DNA of 24,256 nucleotides from Octopus sinensis (GCF_006345805.1 NW_021836904.1:1-24256), one strand, 5' to 3'; shown: positions 1 to 10,539, numbered from the stretch's first letter. Made by a program: numbers and translations. The notes: generated by a model not told the origin, from the letters alone.

Positions 1-285
1 GAAGGCCCTAAGCATTTAAAAAAGATTTTGGCGCCTCCATAAAAGATTATGTAATTCAAAATATAAACAATAACAAACCATAAAATAAAGTTTTATTTTT
101 CAAAACGAAACAAAACAGTAAAAGGGAAAATAATGTTTATTTTTGTATACTTCCATTTTATTTATATTAGAAAAGTTTCCTCCTACTTTTTTTAACTGCA
201 GAGTCTTTGATCAGATCCTCAAAATTAATCTTAGGTAACACATCTGCATCTATACTTAGTAGAGATAAAGACATCCTGAATATTA
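1..285 (-). mobile_element. hAT-family transposase C-terminal remnant plus 3' flank (element probably continues off the window start)
   Basis: Minus-strand frame ending at TAA 167-169 reads ...LSLLSIDADVLPKINFEDLIKDSAVKKSRRKLF*. This resembles the tail after the hAT C-terminal dimerisation region (LxxLSIExD...IDFxDxIxDFAxKKxR). Recognised by eye only. Confidence 0.55.
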
Positions 286-567
286 TTTTAGCAAGTTTAA
301 AGTGATTTCTTTTGTGCCGTAAGCCATTTACCATTTCTGTGGTGTCCCCTCCTTCCCTTGATGCTCTAAGCATGTGCTTATTTTGCTTAATGGTTAATCC
401 AGCGCTGGCTGTGTGTGAAGATTATTTTCAATGTTGCGTTTTTTGTGGAAAACTGAGCAAAAGTTTCCCTCATTCCCTCAAGGAAACCCTCAAACAAGAA
501 ACTCAGTGTAGAAACAGCGTAAAACCTCAGATTCGAGGACACACACACACACACACACACACACAAA

Positions 568-752
568 TACGAGGTTTGATCTATAAGTATCCGGACTGTT
601 GCCATAGTAACGAAGCTAAAGCATGCAGAGTAAAGCCGCTCGACAAAGATTGACCTTGAACTCTGCTGTGCTTGCGCACTAAATTTTAATGTTCTACTTC
701 CTCTGTTTACAGCAGTGCTTGGAAGGAAGATGTGTAGCGTGTGATGGTCGCA
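568..752 (+). mobile_element. Mariner-like element, 5' end only (TIR plus leader, no transposase)
   Basis: Begins TA-CGAGGTTTGATCTATAAGTATCCGGACT. This aligns without gaps to the terminus of the mariner ending at 21045, which reads TACAAAGAGAAGTCAAAAATTATCCGTACT on the minus strand. TACGAGG-type termini are typical of irritans-like mariners. Confidence 0.55.
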
Positions 753-1047
753 TTGACCATAACACTGCTCTGTACGAGTTAAAGTTTCGTGGGTGTGTAA
801 TCGACGTCCATCTCATCAGATATGAGAAAACGTGCAAGAGATTTACGTCATACACAGACACGCTTATTCATGGTACTTACATGATAACAATTTCGCAATT
901 TTACAGAAAGAAAGTAGTTTGTCCTTTGTGCAGAACAATTAGTGAGAAGTCAATGAAAAGTTAAAAACTAAATAAGATTTCCAGTAAGAATCAAATCTAC
1001 AGAAGTTGAACTAACGCGAAGAGACTCTGGAGAATAAAATCGAGTAA

Positions 1048-1053
<6 letters not shown>

Positions 1054-1090
<37 letters not shown>
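1054..1090. repeat. (GA)n microsatellite
   Basis: Uninterrupted GA run. Confidence 0.97.
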
Positions 1091-1092
<2 letters not shown>

Positions 1093-1169
1093 ATTATGTA
1101 TCTTCTTTATCTTCATATGAAATTACAGTTTCTATCTATTTCAATATCTTGCTAGTTTCATTTCAAAGT

Positions 1170-2024
1170 GTGTGCAAATGTGCCCGTGTGTGCATACGTG
1201 TGTATACGTGTGTATACGTGTGTGTATGTCTGTGTCGTATATGTGTGAATGTATGTATGCATGTGCATGTTTGTATGTATATATGTATGTATGTATGCAT
1301 GTATGTATGTATGTATGTATATGTGTGTGTGTGCATATATATGTATGTGTATGTATTAGGAGATAGATTGTTTGATAGATGGTTAGATATATATATGTAA
1401 ACATAATATACATGATTCATATGTATATTATATATATATATATATGTATATGTATATGTATATATATATATGCATGTATGTATGTATGTATGTATGTATG
1501 TATGTATGTATGTATGTATAATCATACATACATACATGTATATCCACACATGTATATCCAACACATGCATACATCAATGATTGTTTTGTGTATAATGTTT
1601 GTTGTATATATAAAAGGAATAGACATAAAAATGAAAGATTATTTCGGAGTTTAATGTATATACAAGCATAAACACACACATACACACACACTCACATGCA
1701 TACATATATGTATATTTATGTTCAATCAACATACATAGATACATACACACATAAACACATACATACATGCATACATATATACATACATACATACACACAT
1801 AAACACATACATACATACACACACACAAATGCACATAGATACAAGCATATATTCATACAATTTGATTTGAGGAGACACGACGGATTGACTGAGGTTCCAT
1901 TAATCATACACACATACACCCACCCACAAACACGCGCACGCACGCACACGCACACACACACACAAAGTTCTGTATGTGTGTATGTATGTAGGTATGCATG
2001 CATGTATGTATGTATGTATGTATG

Positions 2025-2058
<34 letters not shown>

Positions 2059-2211
2059 TGTATGTATGCATGGATGCATGCATGTATGTATTATGTATGT
2101 ATGTATGTATGTATGTATGTATGTATGTATGTATGTATGTATGTATGCATGTATGTATGTATGTATGTATGTATGTATGTATGTATGTATGTATGTACGT
2201 ATGTATGTATG
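1170..2211. repeat. Compound microsatellite region (TG/TA/CATA blocks, long (TATG)n at ~1976-2211)
   Basis: Directly visible. It produces the HTY/VCM low-complexity ORFs in the track. Confidence 0.95.
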
Positions 2212-2749
2212 TCAAGTCACTTGTGAGGTCTCTCGTGAGTGCTACTGGTAACATGGATTCCAGTACAATCCGTTGGCCGATCGGTTCGTCGGTGACTAGG
2301 CTAGCACTGCCACCAGACTTGCCTGGTGAGGACGGTTGATGGAAGTCCAGCGGGACAATAAACAAGACCCAGTGTAAGTTAAAGAAGAATCTAACGCTCA
2401 GAAATTCTGGTTGGTGCCCAGCGTGCTGGGAGAGCAATGGGATCGATGGAACGCCTCAACTTTTGTTAAAGCATGTCTATAGGAAACGTCCACTCGGATA
2501 TAAAACTGGATATGTAGGAAATGGCACTGGACATTTTGGGGGTCTTTATTTGTGCTTGAAATCAGTAAACTTCCACATTCTTGGGCTTGCGACCCGTATT
2601 GGCACTTGACAGCTTGTCCTGGTTAGTCTCTGGATAATGTCAAAAGGATGCTGAGTGTCTATGAGGTGTCGTGCAAGCCTTCTTGGACCTCAATTTTTGC
2701 ACAGTCATTGCTGACATTTTACACGGGCATTGCAGTTTAATGTTTTTTT

Positions 2750-3019
2750 TAGTCGAGGAATTAAGACCCCAGAGCTTATTCTTTACAGGCTTAGTAGTTA
2801 TTCAATCGGTTTCTTTTGCCGAACTGCCGAACAGGGACATAAACACACCTAGCAATGTGGGAACACATACACACACGCACATATACACGCGGTGGGCTAC
2901 TTTCTGTTTCCGTCCGCGGGATCCACTCACGTGGCTTTGGTCAGCCCACGGTGCCTCGCAGTGGGACCGAACATGGAACCATGTGGTTGGGAAGCAAGCT
3001 TCTTACCACAGTCATGCCT
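2750..3019 (-). mobile_element. SINE-A (tRNA-derived, CORE-like), degraded full-length copy
   Basis: Reverse-complement match to the head (cttcttaccaca, ggaaccatgtggtt) and tail (ttgccgaac, gacataaacacacc) of the cleaner copy at 14391-14819. Confidence 0.85.
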
Positions 3020-3049
3020 TATTGGATATATTAGCTTTCAAATATTATT

Positions 3050-3250
3050 TTTGCTTGTTTTAGTCTTTTGAGTGAGGCCATGCCGGGACACGGCCTTGAA
3101 GGGTTTTAGTTGAATAACTAGACTCTAGGACTTATTCTATCGATCTCTTTTTCCGAACCACTAAGTTTACAAGAATGTAAACACACCAATACTGGTTGTC
3201 AAACATTGGTGGGGAACACAAACACACACGATGAGCTTCTTTCAGTTTCC
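3050..3250 (-). mobile_element. SINE-A tail plus the end of the head, truncated
   Basis: Contains ggccatgc, cttattctatcgatctc, ggttgtcaa and cttctttcagtttcc; homology stops at 3250. Confidence 0.8.
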
Positions 3251-3525
3251 TATTTCGTTGTTGCTACTCGATCCCGAGTAGGCAGCCAGTATATATGTAT
3301 GGTTATTGATTGAAGTTAACCTATTAATACATAATGTCCCTGTAAAAGAACTGTAAAAAACAAAAGAAACCAAAAAAAAAAAACAATGTTGTATGGTATT
3401 TGATATATCTATGATTGTCTACGTAACCAATGAACCGAAACACTCGGGCTGTGAAAATAACTCCCAAACCAAACAGCCCAGAATCAGTGGAGTGACGTAT
3501 GAGAATCATTAGGAATATGAATGAA

Positions 3526-3745
3526 GGCGGCGAGCTGGCAGAAGCGTTAACTCGCCGGGCTAAATGCTTACGTTCTGAGTTCAAATTCCGTCGAAGTCGA
3601 CTTTGCCTTTCATCCTTTCGGGGTCGATTAAATAAGTACCAGTTACGCACTGGGGTCGATATAATCGACTTAATCTGTTTGTCTGTCCTTTTTTGTCCCC
3701 TCCGTGTCTAGCCCTTTGTGAGCAGTAAAGAAATAAGAAATAAGA
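3526..3745 (+). mobile_element. SINE-B monomer with the 'B1' tail
   Basis: Head ggcggcgagctggcagaa, B-box-like GAGTTCAAATTCC, central gactttgccttttcatcctttcggggtcgat...aagtaccag, tail ...gtaaagaaataagaaataag. Confidence 0.9.
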
Positions 3746-4789
3746 AAAAAGAGCGGGGTTTATCTGGTTAGTGAAGTGTATTGGTTATTTGGTGAGCAAC
3801 ATCTGGTGGCATCTAAATGTTGTGAGAGAAAAGAACGAGGTTTGTAGAAGAAAAGACATTAAAGATTGCGACAGAGGGAAAACATTGGTACTAGAATCAG
3901 AAAATAATTATTAATTCTACAGGCAGCAGTTTTAGAAATAAAAACTAAGAATTTGGCAGTAAAACACCATACCCCTGTATGAAAGTTTTATAAAGTGTTG
4001 TTGATCAATTCTACATCAAAATATGAAATAATTAACATCACTCGACTACTATATCTTAAACAATTCTGTCTCATTTTACACTAACCAATGTATATTATAG
4101 TATATATATTTAGTGGTACTCACATTACTACATAGACAATAGCGGTGAAGTATATGTTTCACTGATGAGTTCATAATAACACTGAAACATGACCTTAGTT
4201 GTCTGTTGTGCTTACTAAAATAATGAAAATTATATTATTAGTTGACCAATAATGTTTTTCCATCCTCACCAAAGAATTAGTTCAAGATTTGCAATGAATA
4301 TTCTCTGGATAAATATCACTAACTTGATTGTCGTACTTTAGTTTGAATCAGGATTTATACAAGCGATTTAGAGTCAAATGTGTTCCAGCCATGACCACCT
4401 TAATTGTTTTGTATATCATTAAAAAACGTTGATCACTGCACCCTTCTGTATTTCAAACGTTTGGTTTGGAGAAAACTAGGCAGCGGTATCTTGCAAGTCG
4501 ATTAATGGCACAGAAATTTCCTCAGTGGCTTGAGATGCCCCTTCTGCCCCCCCCCCCCTAAAAAAACAATCTACAGTTAAAACTAAAAAAAAAAATGAAA
4601 CGCTACTCTTCTACATCGATGCAATCTGATGTGCTTTTCCTCCTATATAAAAATAAAATAACTATTAAAAAAAAAGCATTCAAGGGAGATAATTTTCATT
4701 TTTGAGGGGAGATAACTTTAAAAAAGTTACCGCCCCTGAAGAAAGTGAAATTTGATTTCAAATTTGGGTGCATGAAAAGCCATTTCGGA

Positions 4790-4943
4790 AGAGGGGAATA
4801 GTCGATTACATCGGCCTCAGTACACAACTGGTATTTATTTTACTGACCCAAAAGAATGAAAGGCAGAGTCAACCTTGGCGGAAATTGAACTCAGAACTTA
4901 AGGACGGACGTAATACTTGCTAACGATTCTGCCAGTGCGCTTC
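4790..4943 (-). mobile_element. SINE-B, degraded
   Basis: Reverse-complement SINE-B motifs: gtcgattacatcg, ctggtatttatttt, ttgaactcagaac, ctaacgattctgccag. Confidence 0.85.
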
Positions 4944-5065
4944 TTTAAATGAGCATATATTTCTGATCTCAAATGTGTGCTGCAATAGCTGGGGCTGAGG
5001 CCATTTGATATTTTGGAAAGAGCAGCAAAATTTTTCTTCAACTATATTTTACATTTTAGAAAATA

Positions 5066-5448
5066 CTAGCAGTATTGCCCGGCGTTGCTCGGGTTTGTAA
5101 GGGAAATAATTATATAAGCATTTTTGGTTATAACAGTAAAAAAATAGCAAAAAAATGCATTTAAAAAGGAAAAAAAATTAAGGTAAATTTTTTTTAAATC
5201 GTTGACTCATCGTAGACATTTTTAGAAATATAATAGTGAAAAAATGCATTAAAATGGAAAAAAATGATGGTAATTTTTTTTTTAAATCGTAGACTCATCG
5301 TAGACGCGCACTAATACCCAGAAGGGCTCGATATGAATCACGACTATAAGATATCCGGTTTTGGTTAAACTGCACCGCAAAATGTGGGAGTAGTTAGGAA
5401 TCTACATCGTAGGAGACAGACACACAACTTGACTTTTATTTATAAAGA
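5066..5448 (-). mobile_element. Complete non-autonomous Helitron (383 bp)
   Basis: On the minus strand it starts TC at 5448, has a GC-rich hairpin (cccggcgttgctcggg, 5078-5093) about 8 nt before a terminal CTAG (5069-5066), and sits between A and T with no TSD. It contains an internal ~90-bp tandem duplication (~5140-5225 and ~5230-5310). Confidence 0.85.
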
Positions 5449-5499
5449 TATAGAAAAAAACACCAGCAAGCTCATATTCATTTAACGTTGCTGTATTCT

Positions 5500-5675
5500 A
5501 GTGACTTGCTTCCCAACGACATGGTTCCAGGTTCATTCCCACTGCATCGCACCTTGGGCAAGTGTTTTCTACTGTAGCCTCGCACCGATCAAAGGTTTGT
5601 GATAGGATTTGGCAGACAGAAACTAAAAGAAGCTTGTCGTGTGTGTGTGTGTGTGTGTATGTGTGTGTATGTGTC
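5500..5675 (+). mobile_element. SINE-A head and CORE-like part followed by (GT)n, no tail
   Basis: Contains catggttccaggttcattcccac, gcaccttgggcaagtg and gaaactaaaagaagcttgtcg. Confidence 0.85.
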
Positions 5676-5853
5676 ACAGGCGTAGGAGTGGCTGTGTAAG
5701 AAGCTTGCTTCCAAACCACATGGTTCCACGTTTAATCCTAATGCGTAGCACCTTGGTCAAGTGTGTCTTCTACCATAGCCTCGGGCCGACCAATGCCTTG
5801 TGAGTGGATATGGTAGACGGAAACTGAAAGAAGCCCGTCAATATGTATGTGTT

Positions 5854-5931
<78 letters not shown>

Positions 5932-5964
5932 TGTGTGTGTGTGGTGTGTGTGTGTGTGTGTGTG

Positions 5965-6150
5965 ACCGCGTGTGTATCGTTGGCGATTTCCCGCCCCCCG
6001 TCTTCTCTTCCTTGAATCTTTCCTTTTTCTATGTTTCTGACGAAGAGCTCCGCTCGATACTTTAAATCCTCCTTCTTTCTTTCCTTTCATGAGTGTCCAA
6101 TAACACTATACTTGTTCCACGTTCAGCGTTGTTGTTTGAATTCTCTTTAT
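5965..6150 (+). mobile_element. Penelope-like element terminal-repeat remnant
   Basis: Pyrimidine-rich segment holding a hammerhead-like motif and ending in TTGAATTCTCTTTAT into (TA)n. Minimal hammerheads are an established feature of Penelope-like terminal repeats; the family call is inference. Confidence 0.6.
6033..6067 (+). ncRNA. Decayed minimal (type I) hammerhead ribozyme
   Basis: GTTT (stem I) - CTGACGA (6037-6043) - A - GAGC/tcc/GCTC (stem II) - GATACTTT - AAAT (stem I'). The conserved GAAA is GATA here. Confidence 0.65.
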
Positions 6151-6179
6151 ATATATACATACATATATATTATAATATA

Positions 6180-6236
<57 letters not shown>

Positions 6237-6439
6237 TGTGTATTTATATTTCTTGTCCCCACCCCACTGCTTGACAACCGATTTTGGTGTGTTGACGTTC
6301 CCATAACTTAGCGGTATGGCAAAAGTGACCGATAGAATAAGTACTACGCTTATAAAGTCCTGGGGTCAATTTGTTCGGCTAAAGGTAGTGCTCCAGCATG
6401 GCCGCAAGCAAATGACCGATGCAAGTAAACGAATGTGTT

Positions 6440-6700
6440 TATCGGTGGAATTGCCCAGGCGGAATTGAGACGTTTACTGCGGGAATGCTTTGGAATCGTC
6501 AGCCTGCTCAAAGGACGCTGACCTCGCATCACCAACACCTACAAATTAGTCCAATCCATTGTCCGTCACAAAATTTGAGCGATGAGAAACAGATGTGAGA
6601 CACATCTCCCACTGGATGAGACGTCAGTAAATGGTTTTAAATGGGTGCAGCGTGTAATCACGCCTCTAAAACTGTTTAAAGCAGTTACCCCAATTAATGG
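6440..6700 (-). mobile_element. Possible Tc1-like transposase N-terminal remnant
   Basis: Minus-strand peptide ...VLVMRGQRPLSRL... loosely resembles the Tc1 RGQRRxxRL segment. It has stop codons and no TIR was found. Confidence 0.3.
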
Positions 6701-6757
6701 CTTGAAAAGGGTTTCAAATAATTACACCATTTTATTAATTAATTAAAAAGTAAATTC

Positions 6758-6975
6758 AGCGAGCTTCTAGAATTGTTAGCACGTCGGGAAAAATACTTAG
6801 CGGCATTTTGTCCGCCTTTACGTTCTGGGTTCATATTCCGCTGAGGTCGACTGTGCCTTTGATACTTTCGGGGTCGATAAAATAAGTACCAGTGAATCAC
6901 TGGGGTCGATGTAATCGACGAATCCCCTCCCCACAAAATTTCAGCCTTTGTACCTCTAATAGAAAGGATTAATTA
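6758..6975 (+). mobile_element. SINE-B monomer with the 'B2' tail
   Basis: SINE-B head and centre, then tail cccctccccacaaaatttcagcctttgtacct...agaaaggatta. Confidence 0.88.
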
Positions 6976-6988
6976 GTTAAAAAAGTAA

Positions 6989-7260
6989 AGGCGTAATGCT
7001 TAGCAGTATTTCGTCTGCCGCTACGTTCTGAGTTCAAATTCCGCCGAGGTCGACTTTGCATTTTATCCTTTCGGGATCGATTAAATAAGTACCAGTTACG
7101 CACTGGGGTCGATATCATCGACTTAATCCGTTTGTCTGTCCTTGTTTGTTCCCTCTGTGTGTAGCCCCTTGTGGGCAGTAAAGACATAGGTATTTCGTCA
7201 GTCTTTAAGTTCTGAATTCAAATTCCACCGAAGTCGACTTCGACTTTCATCCTTTCGGGC
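6989..7260 (+). mobile_element. SINE-B dimer (B1 unit plus start of a second unit), truncated at both ends
   Basis: The B1 tail joins a second unit at gtaaagacataggtatttcgtc (7178-7199). Confidence 0.85.
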
Positions 7261-7387
7261 TTCATTCAGTTTCCTTTGCCACATCTGTCCCTTTAAAATC
7301 TTTCTACCAAGCAGATAACCAATCAAAATTAACTCTCAATTAAGAAGAGACAGAGATCACGCATACATACATACAAACATGCACACA

Positions 7388-7636
7388 CATGGCTGGTACT
7401 CCGTCGCTTACGACGACGCTGTCCGAGTTGATCCGATCAACGGATCAGCCTGCTCAACATGACACAGAATGGGACAAGGCCGGGACTTTGAAATACAGAT
7501 ACTACTAATTTTTGCAAGGTGAATGGACTGGAGCAACGTGAAATAAAGTGTCTTGCTCAAGGACACAACGCGCCTCCGTGATTCGAACTCACGACGGCAC
7601 GATCGCGAGCCGAATATCCAAACCACTAAACCACAT
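7388..7636 (-). mobile_element. SINE-C (tRNA-derived, CORE-like centre)
   Basis: Minus strand has a tRNA-like head with B box GAGTTCGAATC, then GTGTCCTTGAGCAAGACACTT, and a distinct tail ending gtcgtcgtaagcgacggagtaccagcc. Confidence 0.8.
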
Positions 7637-7644
7637 GTTTTCGC

Positions 7645-7646
7645 TT

Positions 7647-7677
<31 letters not shown>

Positions 7678-7722
7678 TACACACACACACACACACGCAC
7701 GCACACACACACACACACACAC
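7645..7722. repeat. (CA)n microsatellite
   Basis: Directly visible. Confidence 0.95.
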
Positions 7723-8071
7723 AGATGCGTGCTAATATACACCTTTGCTGTCCTTTCTTGGTTCCACTCCCACCCCCACCATTCCAATTAGGGCTTTAAC
7801 GGGATCAAGTTCAGTATACTTTCTGGGTTACAAATGTTAAGGGTTTTGTTCCTTCCCCACAGGTAATGTCAAACTTTCTTTCACTAAAGCATAAAATAAT
7901 CGAACTAGTGTGTGTGTTAAGTAATAAGGCACTAAGAGAGAATGACTCTCCCCAGACAATAAAATATGCTTCAACACACGATTTCACATAAAGAATCTTG
8001 CAAACTAAATACAAAAACAAAATAAAATAACCTTTTCTTCTTTTATTGTCCCTGCTTCCGCCTCACACCAA

Positions 8072-8149
8072 TCCCTCTCTCTCTTTCTCTTTCTACCCGC
8101 CTCTTTCTCTCTATCTCTCCTCTCTCTCTCTCTCTCTCTATCTCACTCT

Positions 8150-8185
<36 letters not shown>

Positions 8186-8190
8186 GCTCT
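8072..8190. repeat. Imperfect (CT)n tract
   Basis: Directly visible. Confidence 0.93.
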
Positions 8191-8237
8191 CTTCCAGCTC
8201 CAACAACAACAACAATTCAATAATGAAACTCAATAAA

Positions 8238-8640
8238 GCGGTGAGCTGGCAGAAACGTTAGCACGCCGGGCGAAATGCGTAGCGGTATTTCGTCTGTCTT
8301 TACGTTCTGAGTTCAAATTCCGCCGAGGTCGACTTTGCCTTTCATCATTTCGGAGTCGATAAATTAAGTACCAGTTACGCACTTGGGTCGATATAATCGA
8401 CTTAATCCGTTTGTCTGTCCTTGTTTGTCCTCTCTGTGTTTAGCCATTTGTGGGTAGTAAAGAAATAGGTATTTCATCTGTCTTTACGTTCTGAGTTCAA
8501 ATTCCAACGAGGTCGACTTTGCTTTTCATCCTTTTGGTGTCAATAAATTATGTACCAGTTGCGTACTGAGGTCTGTCTAATCCATTGACCTCCTCTCCGA
8601 AAATTTCGGTCCTTGTGCCTAGAGTAGAAAAGAATAATAA
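8238..8640 (+). mobile_element. SINE-B dimer (B1 plus B2), near full length
   Basis: Full head and B1 unit, junction gtaaagaaataggtatttcatc (~8456-8479), then a second unit ending ccttgtgcctagagtagaaaagaataataa. Confidence 0.9.
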
Positions 8641-8762
8641 AACAATTAATTATGGAAAAAAAAAAAATCTTCCGGGGAGAGAACTCTTTATAGAGTTACG
8701 TCCCTTGATAAATACTTCCTTCGTTGTGCAAAATGCTGATCTGCATTTCATTTGAATTTGTA

Positions 8763-8860
8763 TTCTGAGTTCAAATTCCGCCGTGTCCATTTTTAACTTT
8801 CCCCTTGTCGGAGTAGATAAAATAAGTACCAGTCGAAAACTGGGATCGATATAATCGAAT
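8763..8860 (+). mobile_element. SINE-B fragment
   Basis: ttctgagttcaaattccgccg...gataaaataagtaccag...ctgggatcgatataatcga. Confidence 0.75.
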
Positions 8861-9308
8861 CTTTCCTTCTTTAAAAAACATTTTGCTGACCTTATGCCAA
8901 AATTTGAAATCAACGTTTGAAGCTGGCACGACTTACTCGGATGATGACTGTTTTATTCTCACGTCACTGAAGACTGGGCTTTCGGATCCACACTATATAT
9001 TGCACAGTTTTGACAATATCGACTTTTAACAACTTCCAGTTACAACAATCACTCCTCATATAGAAGAAGACAGATTTTTAATTTCCCTATAATTTAATGT
9101 CGAAAGAGAGGAGAGAATGACAAAATGGGGGGAGATCTTATATTTTAACGGAGCAGCCTTACACTGCAATTGAAATGGTGTGTTGAATATGTGAGCGATG
9201 AAGAATATAGTAAACGTGATTATATTAGAGATTCCAAAGACATATTTCTTATTTTGTATTACGAAAAAACTTACTACAACTTGGGGTTTGATAAATCTCA
9301 AACACTAT

Positions 9309-9720
9309 AGGCGTAGAGGTGGCTGTGTGGTAAGTAGCTCGCTTACGAACCACATGGTACCGGGTTCAGTCCCACTGTGTGGCACCTTGGGCAAGTGTCT
9401 TCTACTATAGCCTCGGGCCGACCAAAGCCTTGTGAGTGGATTTGGTAGACGGAAATTGAAAGAATCCCGTCGTATATGTGTATATATATGTGTGTGTATG
9501 TGTGTGTATATGTTTGTGTGTCTGTGTTTGTCCCCCCAACATCGTTTGACAACCGATGCTGTTGTTTTCACGTCCCTGTAACTTAGCGGTTTGGCAAAAG
9601 AACCCGATAGAATAAGTACTAGGCTTACAAAGAATAAGTCCTGGGGTCGATTTGTTTGACTAAAGGTGGTACTCCAGCATGGCCGCAGTCAAATGACTGA
9701 AACCAGTAAAAGAGAGTAAA
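9309..9720 (+). mobile_element. SINE-A, full length, with a 9-bp target-site duplication
   Basis: A-box-like TGGCTGTGTGG, B-box-like GGTTCAGTCCC, CCTTGGGCAAGT, internal (TA)/(TG) tract and tail. AAACACTAT flanks it at 9300-9308 and 9721-9729. Confidence 0.93.
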
Positions 9721-9756
9721 AAACACTATCCTAACCACAAATCAACCTTACTTTAC

Positions 9757-9960
9757 ATCTCTCTTTACTCTTTTTACTTGTTTCAGTCATTTGACTGCGG
9801 CCATGCTTGAGTACCGCCTTTAGTCGATCAAATCGACCCCAGGACTTATTCTTTGTAAGCCTAGTACTTATTTGCCGAACCGCTAAGTTACGAGGATTTA
9901 AACATACCAGCATCGGTTGTCAAGCGATGTTGGGGGTGGCGATAAGCCTAGACACACACA

Positions 9961-9994
<34 letters not shown>

Positions 9995-9996
9995 CT

Positions 9997-10056
<60 letters not shown>

Positions 10057-10219
10057 TACGACGGGCTTCTTTCAGTTTCCGTCTACCAAATCCACTCACA
10101 AGGCTTTGGCCCGAAGCTATAGTAGAAGACACTCGCCCAAGGTGCCACGCAGTGGGAATGAACCTGGAGCCATATTGTTGGTAAGCAAGCTACTTACCAC
10201 AGAGTCACTCCTGCGCCTT
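9757..10219 (-). mobile_element. SINE-A, full length, tail-to-tail with the 9309-9720 copy
   Basis: Reverse complement of tail, internal (CA)n(TA)n and head (...cttaccacagagtcactcctgcgcct). Confidence 0.93.
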
Positions 10220-10539
10220 ACAACAACTATATCTCATGAACTGATAAAATAAAATATCATTTAAATACTTGGTTCGATAGCATCGACTTAAAAAATCACA
10301 GCTACTTTTAAGATGGTAAGCAGATCGAATTTTTAAAGATTGGAAAAATAAAACAACAAAAATGCCTTGCTTTATTTCTTTCGGTTCTGTTCGTTCAGAT
10401 CCCGCAGAGTTCAAATCAAACACCTCACGTTTGATTGCATTGACTTCCTTCTCCAGGTGCTGAGCTCTACGCCTACTTACTTTTATTGGTTGAATTTGGC
10501 CCCTTTCACTGCTGATACACCCTTTGAGCAGTACCGATC

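Larger units (their letters stand above)
5678..6435 (+). mobile_element. SINE-A split by an insertion in its internal microsatellite
   Basis: Head at 5678-5842, tail at ~6250-6435 (cttgacaaccg, gatagaataagtact, gtgctccagcatggccgc). The 5965-6150 insert lies between them. Confidence 0.88.

Noticed and set aside
775-825. Minus-strand CTGATGA...GAAAC hammerhead-like motif
   Set aside because: Stem II needs a bulge and no stem I complement follows the putative cleavage site.
689-964. 91-aa Cys-rich ORF with CVAC...CPLCR preceded by an acceptor-like ttacagcag, suggesting a RING-finger exon
   Set aside because: The acceptor and the first CxxC fall inside the mariner-like leader (568-752), and Cys/His spacing fits no RING or LIM pattern. 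It is probably a chance open frame; spliced RNA-seq reads would overturn this.
1141-2437. Cluster of long ORFs (HTYIHT / VCMYV)
   Set aside because: These are translations of microsatellites that lack stop codons by composition.
4155-4195. CTGATGA...GAAAC motif on the plus strand
   Set aside because: There is no proper stem II next to GAAA and no stem I or NUH geometry. The flanking TGTTTCA/TGAAACA simply form a small hairpin.
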